From assembly GCF_000195855.1 (NCBI RefSeq), contig NC_002677.1, forward strand, positions 2,430,001-2,462,000: a stretch of 32,000 nt of DNA, read 5' to 3'. The first letter of the stretch is position 1, and each line of letters opens with the position of its first letter. Made by a program: the position numbers and the translations under genes. The stretch comes from Mycobacterium leprae TN (lineage in GTDB: Bacteria; Actinomycetota; Actinomycetes; Mycobacteriales; Mycobacteriaceae). Shown one piece after another: positions 10,441 to 21,088 of the stretch. The notes under the pieces are model-generated. The model saw nothing but the letters and a program-made list of their open reading frames with translations. It was not told the DNA's origin and ran no database searches.

Positions 10441-10509
10441 AACCTGATCGCGCACTTAACCACGACATAGGCAAGCATCACTACCATCCCTATTGGCGCG
10501 TTCGTACTG

Positions 10510-11030
10510 GTGACGTCGGTGCCCTGCAATGGTTTCAACTGGGCTGAATTGGGTCTTGCCCGGGAAAACTGGAAGTCCAGCGTAAATTATACGCTGGCCG
10601 CCGTGGTGATCATGGCGTTAATAGCTTTCCGTCGGTGTCCTGTTCCCGATGATTCGGCTGACGTTCATGAACAATCATTACGCTCGGATCTCTGAGATAT
10701 CCGGCACGCTGACCGCCTCGATGGTCTTCATTACACTGCAAACCGTGATCCCTGAAAAGCTGGCCCCTCGAGGTGTATGTACTGCACGGCACGTTGAACC
10801 GGGCCTGGGGATTCCGTAGCGTTATGGTTGCAACCTCACTGCCGTTTGATCTTTGCCATGTCACGACATACGTTGGAGTTGACGAACAGCAATATAGACT
10901 TTACTCGGCTACGGGATCGTCCTAATGTTCGCCGGGGTAACACTGGCAATGCCGGCTACCGGCTTAGCAGGGTTCCTCTTCAGCTGGCTGCGCCGACGTA
11001 GCGATAGCCTCTTGAGCCGATAGCGCTATA
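10510..11030 (+). pseudogene. Possible decayed integral membrane protein gene
   Basis: Hydrophobic fragment NYTLAAVVIMALIAFRR followed by broken hydrophobic segments. It lies next to adhA, where other mycobacteria encode a membrane protein. Confidence 0.25.
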
Positions 11031-11096
11031 TGGGTCACTGAACGAATTGGGTGACCTAGTAGCTGCGTTGGTCTGGCATCTATCGACTTGACTCGG

Positions 11097-12131
11097 TTAC
11101 GCCAGCAGCACAGCAGCGCCTGAGATGCGGCCGACGCTGAGATCGGTCAGCGCCTGATCGGCTTGCTCAAGCGGATATTCCGGCGTGGTGACCGCGATGT
11201 GATGCTGGGCCGCGAAGTCGAGGAACGCACGGGCATCAGCCCTAGTGTTCGATGTCACCGACCGAATCTGACGCTCTTGAAACAAGTGTCGCTGGTAGTT
11301 CAGCTGCGGAATATCGGAAAGATGAATCCCTGCGATCGCCAGGGTGCCGCCGCGGTTCAGCGCCTCGCACGCGGGCAGCACTAGATCACCAACCGGCGCG
11401 AACACGATCGCGGCATCCAGCGGTACCGGCGGCAGATCAGCGACGCCTTGAGCCGACGCAGCGCCGAGTTCTAACGCCAGCTCCTGCGCCCGGGCTCCGC
11501 GGGTCATAACATGCACCTCTGCGCCTTGCACCAAGGCAACCTGTGCTGCGATGTGAGCGCTGCCCCCAAAGCCGTAGATACCTAACCGGCCGCCCGGCGG
11601 TAACTCGGATCGCAGCAACGATCGGTACCCGATGATGCCGGCACACAACAACGGCGCAAGCTCGCAGTCACTATAGCCGCTCGGTAGGTGATGTGCGAAA
11701 GCCGCAGGAACAGTAGTAAATTCGGCGTATCCACCGTCGACATCCCAGCCGGTATAGCGGGACTGCACACACAGGTTCTCGGTACCGCTACGGCAATAGT
11801 TGCACACGCCGCAGGTGTAGCGCAACCAGGCTATGCCTACCCGGTCCCCCACATCGAACCCAGCGGCCGCATCCACGTCCGATCCCACCCCCAAGACCTC
11901 CCCCACTACCTCGTGGCCGGGAGTCACGTGCTCGCGGTGCACGGGGAGGTCACCCTCAGCGACATGCAGATCGGTACGACATACCCCACACGCACGTACA
12001 GCAACCAGAAGTTCAGACGGTTCGGGACACGGCACCTCGGTGGTAACCCACTCGAGCGGGCTGGTTTGTATCGGGCCGGGCCGACGCACCCGCCACGCAT
12101 GCATCATCCTGGTCACTTTCGAGGCCATCAC
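11097..12131 (-). CDS. adhA: Zinc-containing alcohol dehydrogenase, about 344 aa (start may be an internal Met)
   Basis: MDR family: [46 protein letters not shown] structural zinc Cys cluster, [15 protein letters not shown] cofactor loop. Confidence 0.93.
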   Translation of the reverse strand: MMASKVTRMMHAWRVRRPGPIQTSPLEWVTTEVPCPEPSELLVAVRACGVCRTDLHVAEGDLPVHREHVTPGHEVVGEVLGVGSDVDAAAGFDVGDRVGIAWLRYTCGVCNYCRSGTENLCVQSRYTGWDVDGGYAEFTTVPAAFAHHLPSGYSDCELAPLLCAGIIGYRSLLRSELPPGGRLGIYGFGGSAHIAAQVALVQGAEVHVMTRGARAQELALELGAASAQGVADLPPVPLDAAIVFAPVGDLVLPACEALNRGGTLAIAGIHLSDIPQLNYQRHLFQERQIRSVTSNTRADARAFLDFAAQHHIAVTTPEYPLEQADQALTDLSVGRISGAAVLLA

Positions 12132-12181
12132 GCCATCATGTCGTGATCCGCCGGCGACCAGTTGAAGTCATCACAGCCAAG

Positions 12182-12481
12182 TTAGGTCTTTCGTACCCTG
12201 CCGACAACCCAAAGCAGGATCACCGAGCCTAGGATCGAAGTGAACAAAGTGAACCACCAACCGCCGGCAGCGGTGTTAACGAAGAAGCTCAGTAAAAAGC
12301 CGCCGATCAACGCGCCTACAACACCGATAACGATGTTCATCAAGATGCCCGATCCGCCGCCTTGAACGATTTTGCCTGCGATCCAGCCCGCTATACCACC
12401 GATAATGATGTAACCAATCCAGCCAACACTAGTCAACGTCGTTGAGCGGGCGAGGTACTCGGTAGCTGCCATGACGTCCAT
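12182..12481 (-). CDS. GlsB/YeaQ/YmgE-family small membrane protein (transglycosylase-associated), 99 aa
   Basis: GWIGYIIIGGIAGWIAGKIVQGGGSGILMNIVIGVVGALIGGFLLSFF: glycine-rich three-TM pattern typical of the family. Confidence 0.85.
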   Translation of the reverse strand: MDVMAATEYLARSTTLTSVGWIGYIIIGGIAGWIAGKIVQGGGSGILMNIVIGVVGALIGGFLLSFFVNTAAGGWWFTLFTSILGSVILLWVVGRVRKT

Positions 12482-12640
12482 GTGTAATCTCCTTGCACTC
12501 GATGGCATAGCTCAGCGCAGATGCGGGGCTGTAATGTGGGTATACACCGATGAGTGCCTATTGTCGACAGTGGTTTGCTCTGCGGGCGGCGGGTCAAGGA
12601 AACACGGTCCGCAGTGGCAGCGGAGTGGATGTCGGATGGC

Positions 12641-13504
12641 CTATCCAACAGGTGCCGGAGCGGAAACCGACGCCGGGATCGGAGCCATCTCTGACCGGAT
12701 AGACTCAGCCAGCTCTTTGGCTGCGCCCTTGTCCACCGGGTTATTCGAGGTTCCGAGCCATACCACAAACCAACGCTGCGAGGGCCCCACGTCAGGGGTA
12801 CTCGCCGCTGGCGAGCCGACTACGCTCGTACATATTTGGCCAATTGGCTTATTGGGATCGCTGAATTTGACCTCGTAGTAGGAGGCGCTTCCAGCTATCC
12901 CGTTGGCGTGGAGCGGAATGGTTTCTTGGTTGATCCGCGTACCGGGGTATGGCAGGTAGAACTCACCCATATCCGAGCCCAGTCGGACCGCGGCCTTAAT
13001 GTTGTCGGCTTCGGCACTGGCGTAGAGCTTTTGGTCCAGCCGGCCGAGCACTATACGGGTGTCGGTAGCGACCACCGTCGGCTGACCAAGCACGGGCGGC
13101 TGCTCGATGGCTTTGCTGAGCAGCACCGAACCGTAGTCAAGATGTGAAGCCTCTGACTCCACCCAACCGGCAGGAAGGACGAAGCTAAATCCACCGACAG
13201 CGTTGGTGATTCGGCCGGCGTTGGGATCGACTGCAAGTGGGTATGGTGCATTCGGATCGAGCGACGGCGCATTGGGATCACCCGGTTGGGCTTCGGACGA
13301 GACAGGGGCGCCTGGAAGGGGTGTAATGATCTCCTGCGCAGGTGAGGGAGCTGCCGTAGCCGTCGATGGCGGCAGGGGCGCGGGATCGGCGTTGGCGGCC
13401 GCAGGCAACGGCATCGTAAAGGCACTGGCGCTGGCCACCACGGCAATCGCCAGTATCGCCCACAATCCTTTGCGATGTGTCGAGTCCAGGTCAACCTGAT
13501 TCAT
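12641..13504 (-). CDS. apa: Alanine/proline-rich secreted fibronectin-attachment glycoprotein (ModD/FAP), 287 aa
   Basis: N-terminal signal sequence ([33 protein letters not shown]), Pro/Ala-rich region, and conserved [23 protein letters not shown]...GRLDQKLYA domain. Confidence 0.95.
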   Translation of the reverse strand: MNQVDLDSTHRKGLWAILAIAVVASASAFTMPLPAAANADPAPLPPSTATAAPSPAQEIITPLPGAPVSSEAQPGDPNAPSLDPNAPYPLAVDPNAGRITNAVGGFSFVLPAGWVESEASHLDYGSVLLSKAIEQPPVLGQPTVVATDTRIVLGRLDQKLYASAEADNIKAAVRLGSDMGEFYLPYPGTRINQETIPLHANGIAGSASYYEVKFSDPNKPIGQICTSVVGSPAASTPDVGPSQRWFVVWLGTSNNPVDKGAAKELAESIRSEMAPIPASVSAPAPVG

Positions 13505-13598
13505 GGCGACGAACCTACCGTGTTACTACTGCGACGCAAGGACGGCTTGCTTATGTGCGGTGGGGGTTTTCCGGTTTGCCAGTTCGAGACGTGCCGGT

Positions 13599-14715
13599 TC
13601 ACGATTGGACGCATCGCTGCAGCGCCGAGTACAACGCCACTTTATGAGCTTTGACATTGACCCACACACGCTCTTCGGGCATCAGCCGTAACTCCCGTGT
13701 TGGCGTCGACGATGATTTCCGCGGCCAGGCTAAGAGCCCCATAAGGTTGCTTCGGACCGCGAACCAAGGACAAGCGAGTCCCCCTCCCCCCGCCCCGAGG
13801 TATCTAATGCCACCACAGTAAGTTCGACGGTAGTGCGTGGGCTGTCCATGCGACGAATCGCACTGAACGGCAACCGCGGTAGGCGCGAACACAGCGGCTG
13901 CGAACCGTCGGTACCGACGGTTCCATTGACCAGTTTGACGCCTGCGATCCAGGCGCCGCAATGATTGCACGACGCACCAAGCAGATCGGCGACCTTCCCG
14001 ATCGCGGAAATCCTGCCGGACTCAAGTACTAGCATTCAGATCGGCCATGGTGACCACATACAACAGCTGGTGGGTTACCAGGATGATGGCGCAGCCGCTT
14101 CGGGGTTAGCCGGGCTGCGCAACACCGGGCGGATAGCAGTGGCCACGGCCACATCAAGCCTAGTTAGCGGCTCGTCGAGGAGTAGAACCTCCGGTTGGGC
14201 AGCCAATGCGCGTACAATAACGACCCACTGCGTTTGACCACATGACAGTTGCCATGGTTTGCGGTCGGCGCCCTGCTCAGCTGTTCACCTGGAGCAGCCA
14301 ACCCTAGCGCCTTACCCCGATAGATATATGCCTTACCCCGATAGATATATAGAGCCTTGTCCTGGACGCCGACGGTCCGTAGCATGCTTAACATCTTGTT
14401 ATGGCTGCGCGGTCCGAAAGCCACGTTGGCCGTGACAGTCATGAATGTGCGTTAACAGCAACGGATACTGCAAAAGCAACCCGGCCCGACGATCATGCGT
14501 TGCCACATTCACCCCGGCTGCAGTGTCGGTCAACACGCGGTCCCCCAAGCGCACCAGACCCACTACGGGGCAAACAGGCCGGCGATAACTTGCAGGGCGG
14601 TGGACTTGCCCGCACCTTTGGCTCCAAGTACGGCAAGCACCTCGCCCGGAACTACCGAGAACTCGACATTCAGATGGCAGTCTGTCACGACCGGCGGAAG
14701 CTGTAACTCGCTCAC
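13599..14715 (-). pseudogene. modC: Degenerate molybdate ABC transporter ATP-binding gene modC
   Basis: Reverse strand starts SELQLPPVVTDCHLNVEFSVVPGEVLAVLGAKGAGKSTALQVIAGLF (Walker A). Later VLVLESGRISAIGKVADLL...IAGVKLVNGTVG and C-terminal VNVKAHKVALYSA, in shifting frames with stops. Confidence 0.9.
14309..14350. repeat. Perfect 21-bp tandem duplication
   Basis: GCCTTACCCCGATAGATATAT at 14309-14329 repeated exactly at 14330-14350, within the modC remnant. Confidence 0.95.
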
Positions 14716-15500
14716 AGTGGCTACCTCGTATCGGCCAAGGTCATTCCGCGAACAACCAAGCCCAGGACCACCAGCGCTGCCCCTACCACAAGCAGGATCG
14801 ACAGTGCCACAGCCGGGTCCGCGTCGGTCACCCGCTGTAGTTAGATTTCGAGCGGCGGCGTGCGAGTGACTCCTTGCCGGGAGCCGGCAAGGAGTTCAGT
14901 GTCGCGCCAAACTCCCCCAGCGAAAGGGCAAATGCCATTACTGCCCCGACGCCATCCCAGACAGTAGCGACAACGTGACCCACCACCAGACGGTGTTGGG
15001 TCGCGCCCCGCGCATAACCGCCACCACATTCATATTCATAAGCGACCACATTCATATTCATAAGCGGCTCCAACGATACGGGCAACATCTCCGTGGGAGA
15101 TCCCCAGAAACGACAACGAAATGAAAGTGTGCGCCATCACCACAGCAGTCTTGTTGAACGCTATGCTAATGTCGGAGGCTTGCAAACAACGCCCGATCAA
15201 TCCGAGTCGGCCGAATGCATTAGAGCAACGCAATGCCACTAACCACGGGGGCAACACCAGCGGCAGCAGAATCAGCAGTCGCAGCAACCGCACAAGCCGT
15301 GCCGCGCAGCGAGCCAGTATCAGCTATGGTCACCCGAGCAGCACACACAGCACGGTGCTCGTGACAACGGTCTCCAGGCTCAGCAACAGTGCCGTCTTCG
15401 ATAAAAAGCTGGTGATCAACGACCAGAAATTCTGGCTAGTCCACCTCGATCGCTATCGCCAACAGGAGCAATGCCACAAAGACGGTCCCCGCTGCGGCGG
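14712..15500 (-). pseudogene. modB: Degenerate molybdate ABC transporter permease gene modB
   Basis: LRLLILLPLVLPP...AFGRLGLIGRCLQASDISIAFNKTAVVMAHTFISL, then FALSLGEFGATL and SRQGVTRTPPLEI in different frames. The 5' boundary is approximate. Confidence 0.85.
15024..15067. repeat. 22-bp tandem duplication (21/22 identical), frame-shifting
   Basis: CCACATTCATATTCATAAGCGA (15024-15045) followed by CCACATTCATATTCATAAGCGG (15046-15067) in the modB remnant. Confidence 0.95.
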
Positions 15501-15559
15501 GGACATATGTACCACGGGAACATCGGTGCACTTTGGTCGTCAAAGTTTGACTAAGCCCG

Positions 15560-16340
15560 ACTGGGCCAGAATTTGCTGACCTGCCTCACCCATGAACATC
15601 GCCTGGAGACTTCTGCACCAGCGTGGGTAAAGGCACCTTCTTGAGCACCGCAATGGAGTAAACATTCACTGCAACGGCAACCTCCAGGAAAGTTGATGGT
15701 GGTCCCCTTGCCTGCGACACTGCGCGCGTCGGTACCATAGACTAACGGGACGTCGGTCTGTCCGGTGGTGAATCTTGTTAAGGGCATCGGTCACGCTTGG
15801 GTTCTTCACCGACTGATTAGTTAAGTGCACGCCGATGACGTCTTCGATGCACTGGGTCGATGACCCACATGGCACTGGCTGCCGACCACACCACCACGCT
15901 GAACTACGGCTTAGCCAGGTTCGGCGAAGGATCCCGATCTTTTCGGATTGCCCACCACAGTCACGATGACCAACGTGTTCGAGGTAAAGGTTTGTCGATG
16001 TGCTAACCAATAATCGGACCTTGGCGACAGTGTCCATCTGCGTGGTGTCCGCGCGTTCGCGCCTTGGGGCAACTGGGTCGAAAGCTCCTAGCAACCCGCG
16101 AACTCGACGTCGACGCTGACACCCGGATTGTCTGCTTTGAACTGGCTGCTGATCTGCGTAAACGCAGACTCGAGCAGAGCCGCGGCGAACACCACAAACT
16201 ACCTGGAAATTTGGGGTAGCTGGGATGGTGACGACGAGTGCGAGTTCGAACTGCACGCCGCTGTTCCAGCTAGCAATCCACCCAGCAGCATCGTCGATAC
16301 CAAACCGGCGAGCACCCCGAAGCGGGCTAGGGTTCACCCA
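15560..16340 (-). pseudogene. modA: Degenerate molybdate-binding lipoprotein gene modA
   Basis: Reverse-strand pieces: TTQMDTVAKVRLL (TAQMDSVAKAGLL-like), QPVPCGSSTQCIEDVIGVHL, KNPSVTDALNKI, VPLVYGTDA, in broken frames. Confidence 0.8.
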
Positions 16341-16555
16341 ACTTGTGTAGGGCTTCCGGTGATTCGGAATTTCGCTCAGTAGCTCCAGTGGTTACTGTTT
16401 AGTAACATTTAAGCGAGATGGACGCCACAACACGCTGAGATACTCGGCAACGATCCGATGCCACTATCCTAGAGCCAAGTTCGCCGCGCCGAGTGCAAAG
16501 TATAGGTGCCGTTAACCTGCCAGGGTCTGCGTTCAGCGGTGAACACGAGGAGGTC

Positions 16556-17230
16556 ATGGCAGTGGATGTGCTGGTTACTGGGGGCAACACCGATCTGGGG
16601 CGCACAATCGCTGAAGGTTTTCGCAACGACGGTCACAAGGTGACCCTCGTGGGTCCGCGCCGAGCCGACCTCGAGGTCGTCGCCAAGGAGCTAGACGTGG
16701 ACACTATTGTCTGCAACACTACCGATCCAGCCAGCCTCGATGAAGCCCGCGGATTGTTCCCCCGTCACCTAAACACCATCGTCAATGTTCCGACGCTGGG
16801 CTTTGATACCGGAGACCCACGCACTTTCTCACTATCCGATACAGCCAATGCCTGGCACAATGAGCTGGACGCGACGGTGCTCTCGGCGGTGCTGACGGTA
16901 CAGTCCGTTGGTGATCATCTGCGCTCCGGCGGTTCGATCATCGGCGTGCTGGCGGAAAACCCGCCAGCGGGCAGTGTCGACGCAGCCATCAAAGCCGCAC
17001 TGTCGAGTTGGGTGGCCGGCCAGGCGGGCGTTTTCGGCACTCGTGGCATCACGGTCAATGCCATCGCCTGTGGACGTAGCGTTCAAGCCGGATATGAAGG
17101 CCTTTCACGCATGCCTCCGCACGTCGCAACGGAAATCACCCGGTTAGCGTTGTTCCTCACTACCCCGGCGTCTCGCCACATCACCGGCCAGACGCTGCAC
17201 GTTAGCCACGGCGCGCTAACTCATTTTTAA
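16556..17230 (+). CDS. Short-chain dehydrogenase/reductase-like protein, 224 aa
   Basis: Intact ORF MAVDVLVTGGNTDLGRTIAEGFRNDGHKVTLVG...GTRGITVNAIACG...ASRHITGQTLHVSHGAL, with RBS-like GAGGAGG upstream. The catalytic YxxxK Tyr appears to be replaced (SVDAAIKAALSSW). Confidence 0.85.
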   Translation: MAVDVLVTGGNTDLGRTIAEGFRNDGHKVTLVGPRRADLEVVAKELDVDTIVCNTTDPASLDEARGLFPRHLNTIVNVPTLGFDTGDPRTFSLSDTANAWHNELDATVLSAVLTVQSVGDHLRSGGSIIGVLAENPPAGSVDAAIKAALSSWVAGQAGVFGTRGITVNAIACGRSVQAGYEGLSRMPPHVATEITRLALFLTTPASRHITGQTLHVSHGALTHF

Positions 17231-17299
17231 CTGAAAAACTCTGTGAGCTTAGTTAAAACGGTTAGCCCATAGCCACAGGATACACTGTGGCTATTCGCT

Positions 17300-18191
17300 T
17301 GGTCTGCAGATCCCCACTTTGAACTGCTACCCGGGGGAGAAAGTTTTTACGACGGTCATCGCCCAAGCACACGATGCCGAGCCGGCTGGATTCGACTTGA
17401 CTTTAGTCAAGTCATGGGCCAAATTCTACCAACTACCCAATGTTAGGCTCACCCACCCAACCAATGTTCGAGGCCTAACACCACCCTCAACACCTTCAGC
17501 GCGCTGGCTATTATCTGCCAAACGCGTGCAAGCTGGGCGCTTTGGTAGCCGGCAACACCTAACTGCAAGGCAATCCCTGCTGACCAACGTCATCACCACA
17601 CTAACACTGGATTTGGTCAGCAGAGCCGGGCGATTTTAGGCATCGGCACCGACTAGTTCGAGCTCGAGCATGATCAACTTCGGCCTCGAATTCAGCACCC
17701 TCGCCGATAAATTCAACCGGCTCGACGAAGTGTTACAGATTCATCTTATTCATCCTGCCAATAATCAAGAACGATCCACCCGGCTTCTCGGGCAACTGCT
17801 ACCACAACCAATGAGGTGCTGGCCAATCCCCCCCTTCCGCGACCACATTCCGCTGATGGTCGGCGGCAGCGGTGAGAAGAAAACGATCCCGCTTGCCGCA
17901 CGACACTTCAACGTTATCGCCGGGTTCGACGCACTACAAGGCAAGGCAAGGTGCAAATGATGCGGCGGCAGTGTGAGGAAAATCGGCCACAATCCGGTGA
18001 CGCTGGAAATCAACACGCTGATCACAGCCATTATTGGCAAAAACATGAAAGTCGACCAAATCCCCTCCGAGATGACTCAACGAATGGAGATAGGCAACAC
18101 CGAGCCTATCGCCTACCCGATCCAGGCCAAGGTCCTCGACGCGGGAATCGAAAGTCTGAAGTATCAATATGCCCAGCTACACGCCGGGTAG
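17300..18191 (+). pseudogene. Degenerate luciferase-like/F420-type oxidoreductase (Rv1855c-like)
   Basis: Broken frames: DAEPAGFDLTLVKSWAKFYQLPNV, INFGLEFSTLADKFNRLDEVLQI, DHIPLMVGGSGEKKTIPLAARHFNVIAGFD, RKIGHNPVTLEINTLI. Confidence 0.7.
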
Positions 18192-18421
18192 CATCAACAA
18201 AGCTGGCAAAGCGCTGCATACGCTAGTCGGCCTGCCGCGGGGGTGCCGCATCGGCGCGGCCATCAAGCTTGTCACGTCACCGTGACCACAGGTAGCTTAC
18301 TCTGCCGGTGTGGCTAATTGCACACACTCCCACCTGAGATTCTGGAGAGCAGCTTGACTACCTTAGTACTTAGTAGCTAACTGCAGTCACCATCACGGAG
18401 TCCCGTCAGGAGCAGCGGAAC

Positions 18422-19822
18422 ATGAATGCCCAGCCAGCAGCCACAGCTGCTCAGGACCGCCGGCATCAAGTCGTCATCATCGGGTCAGGATTTGGTGGTC
18501 TGAACGCAGCGAAGAAGCTCAAGCGAGCCAACGTCGACATTAAGTTAATCGCCCGCACCACCCATCACCTATTCCAGCCATTGCTATACCAGGTGGCCAC
18601 CGGCATCATCTCCGAGGGGGAAATCGCGCCGCCGACCCGAGTCGTCTTGCGTAAGCAGCGCAACATCCAAGTGCTGCTCGGCAATGTAACCCACATTGAC
18701 TTAGCTAACCAGTGCGTCGTGTCGGAGTTACTCGGTCACACCTATGAAACCCTCTATGACAGCCTTATTGTCGCGGCCGGAGCTGGCCAGTCGTACTTCG
18801 GGAACGACCAATTCGCTGAATTCGCACCCGGTATGAAGTCAATTGATGACGCGCTGGAGTTGCGTGGGAGGATTTTGAGCGCCTTCGAGCAGGCCGAACG
18901 GTCAAACGATCCGGAACGACGAGAGAAACTGCTAACATTCACTGTGGTTGGAGCCGGCCCCACCGGTGTCGAGATGGCTGGGCAAATCGCCGAATTGGCC
19001 GACCATACGTTGAAGGGAGCCTTCCGTCGCATCGACTCAACCAAGGCCCGGGTAGTTTTGCTCGACGCTGCCCCCGCGGTGTTGCCGCCGATGGGCGAAA
19101 AACTAGGTCAGCGTGCGGCCGCTCGATTGCAGAAGATGGGCGTGGAGATCCAGCTGAGTGCAATGGTCACAGATGTGGACCGCAATGGCATTACAGTCCA
19201 AGACTCCGATGGCACAGTCCGGCGCATCGAATCGGCCTGTAAGGTGTGGTCAGCGGGGGTCTCAGCAAGCCGGCTGGGAAGAGACCTTGCCGAGCAGTCC
19301 TTGGTTGAACTCGACTGGGCTGGCCGGGTGAAAGTGCTGCCCGATCTGTCCATCCCTGGATATCGAAACGTGTTTGTGGTCGGTGACATGGCCGCCATCG
19401 ACGGCGTGCCTGGAGTCGCGCAGGGTGCTATTCAGGGCGCTAAATACGTGGCAAACAACATAAAGGCTGAACTCGGTGAGGCCAACCCAGCCGAACGCGA
19501 GCCGTTTCAGTACTTCGACAAGGGCTCCATGGCCACAGTGTCACGGTTTTCCGCGGTAGCCAAGATCGGTCCGCTAGAGTTCAGCGGCTTTATCGCCTGG
19601 CTGATGTGGTTGGTGCTGCATCTGATGTACTTAATCGGCTTCAAAACCAAAATCACCACGTTGTTGTCGTGGACGGTGACTTTTTTGAGCACTCGGCGAG
19701 GTCAGCTGACCATTACCGAGCAGCAAGCTTTCGCGCGAACGCGGCTCGAACAGCTGGCAGAGTTGACTGCCGAATCTCAGAGTACAGCGGCAGCTAACAG
19801 GGCCACCATGCGGGCGAGCTAG
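18422..19822 (+). CDS. ndh: Type II NADH dehydrogenase, 466 aa
   Basis: HQVVIIGSGFGGLNAAKKLKRANVDIKLI (FAD GxGxxG), FTVVGAGPTGVEMAGQIAEL (NAD site), NVFVVGDMAA, C-terminal membrane-interaction segment. Confidence 0.97.
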   Translation: MNAQPAATAAQDRRHQVVIIGSGFGGLNAAKKLKRANVDIKLIARTTHHLFQPLLYQVATGIISEGEIAPPTRVVLRKQRNIQVLLGNVTHIDLANQCVVSELLGHTYETLYDSLIVAAGAGQSYFGNDQFAEFAPGMKSIDDALELRGRILSAFEQAERSNDPERREKLLTFTVVGAGPTGVEMAGQIAELADHTLKGAFRRIDSTKARVVLLDAAPAVLPPMGEKLGQRAAARLQKMGVEIQLSAMVTDVDRNGITVQDSDGTVRRIESACKVWSAGVSASRLGRDLAEQSLVELDWAGRVKVLPDLSIPGYRNVFVVGDMAAIDGVPGVAQGAIQGAKYVANNIKAELGEANPAEREPFQYFDKGSMATVSRFSAVAKIGPLEFSGFIAWLMWLVLHLMYLIGFKTKITTLLSWTVTFLSTRRGQLTITEQQAFARTRLEQLAELTAESQSTAAANRATMRAS

Positions 19823-20655
19823 ACAGTTAACCTGTCCCCCTGATTAGCTGTGAGCAGCCAAGCTTAGCTGTCGTTGGACAGGTCCTGGAATCTCCACCTG
19901 GCCGCAGGTCACCCTCGTGTTCGGTGTCGTTGGCTCAGTGTGACTAGCCATAACTAGCTGACGCCGGCTGCGATGGATTGGTGGTGTACGCCACCCCAGA
20001 ACCGATGATGGAGCGAAGGAAATCAATATTGTTGACACCCAAGCACATTTCCGCAGCTGCAGCAACTATTGAGCCAGGTGTAGGCCGCCATGCTGATCAT
20101 GCTTTGGCATGATCAGCAGTAGACACCGCCGGACACGAGGACCATCAGTCTTGCAATAGCTTGGGCTTCACCTCGAACTGGACGCAGGCGTCATCGAGGC
20201 TAATTCGGTGAACTGCAGCCCCAACGCGCTGTCAAATGGTGCGTTAGTGCTCAAACTTTTCGGTACATCGACCCGTGTCTACATCATCACCGGATCCACC
20301 TATGCGCATCAAAGCACAACCAACAGATACTGGAGTTGTCCAGGCAGACAATGTAGCGAGTCAACCGAGGGTCACGGCCGCCCTCAGGACACCAGCACTG
20401 TCATTGCCGCTCGACCAGCCAAAAATAGGCAAGGCTGCCCTAATTTAGCAAAAGTTGGGTGTGAGTCACGACGATAGATCTCGATGGTGGCCACTGTTAA
20501 TAGTGTCACATTAGAGTCCTAGACAGCTGATCTACTAAATCACGTCTGTCGACCGCCGACTCGGCTACCGCCGGGCCGACGGCAACCGACTTGGATACGA
20601 CAATCGGTAGTAATCCGGAGTAAGCTGGCTTCAACGCTCAGGAGATGAACGAACT

Positions 20656-21084
20656 ATGGCCAAGCTGACGCGGCTGGGGGATTTAGAACGTGCCGTGATG
20701 GATCATTTGTGGTCCAGACAAGAACCCCAAACAGTTCGTCAGGTCCACGAAGCGTTGTCGGCGCGACGCGACCTCGCCTACACGACTGTGATGACCGTGC
20801 TGCAGCGATTGGCTAAGAAGAATCTGGTCTCGCAGATTCGTAACAACCGGGCCCACCGATACGCGCCGGTGCATGGCCGGGACGAACTGGTGGCTGGCTT
20901 AATGGTCGACGCGCTGGACCAAGCCGAGGATTCCGATAGCAGGCAAGCCGCGCTTGTGCACTTCGTCGAGCGGGTCGGGGCCGACGAGGCGGACGCGCTG
21001 CGACGCGCACTTGCAGAACTGGAAACACATCAACGCCATGTCCGTCATCTGGTGGCACTCCAGCGGACAACTGAGGGAGACTAG
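20656..21084 (+). CDS. blaI: BlaI-family winged-helix repressor, 142 aa
   Basis: MAKLTRLGDLERAVMDHLWSR...VRQVHEAL...LAYTTVMTVLQRLAKKNLVSQIRNNRAHRYAP is the BlaI/MecI fold signature. Confidence 0.93.
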   Translation: MAKLTRLGDLERAVMDHLWSRQEPQTVRQVHEALSARRDLAYTTVMTVLQRLAKKNLVSQIRNNRAHRYAPVHGRDELVAGLMVDALDQAEDSDSRQAALVHFVERVGADEADALRRALAELETHQRHVRHLVALQRTTEGD

Positions 21085-21088
21085 CAGC

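Noticed and set aside
12836-13494. Plus-strand and alternate-frame ORFs over apa
   Set aside because: Overlap the clearly supported apa CDS with no independent support.
20500-20655. Possible BlaI operator upstream of blaI
   Set aside because: I looked for a TAC...GTA-type dyad and found only weak partial matches, so no site is called.
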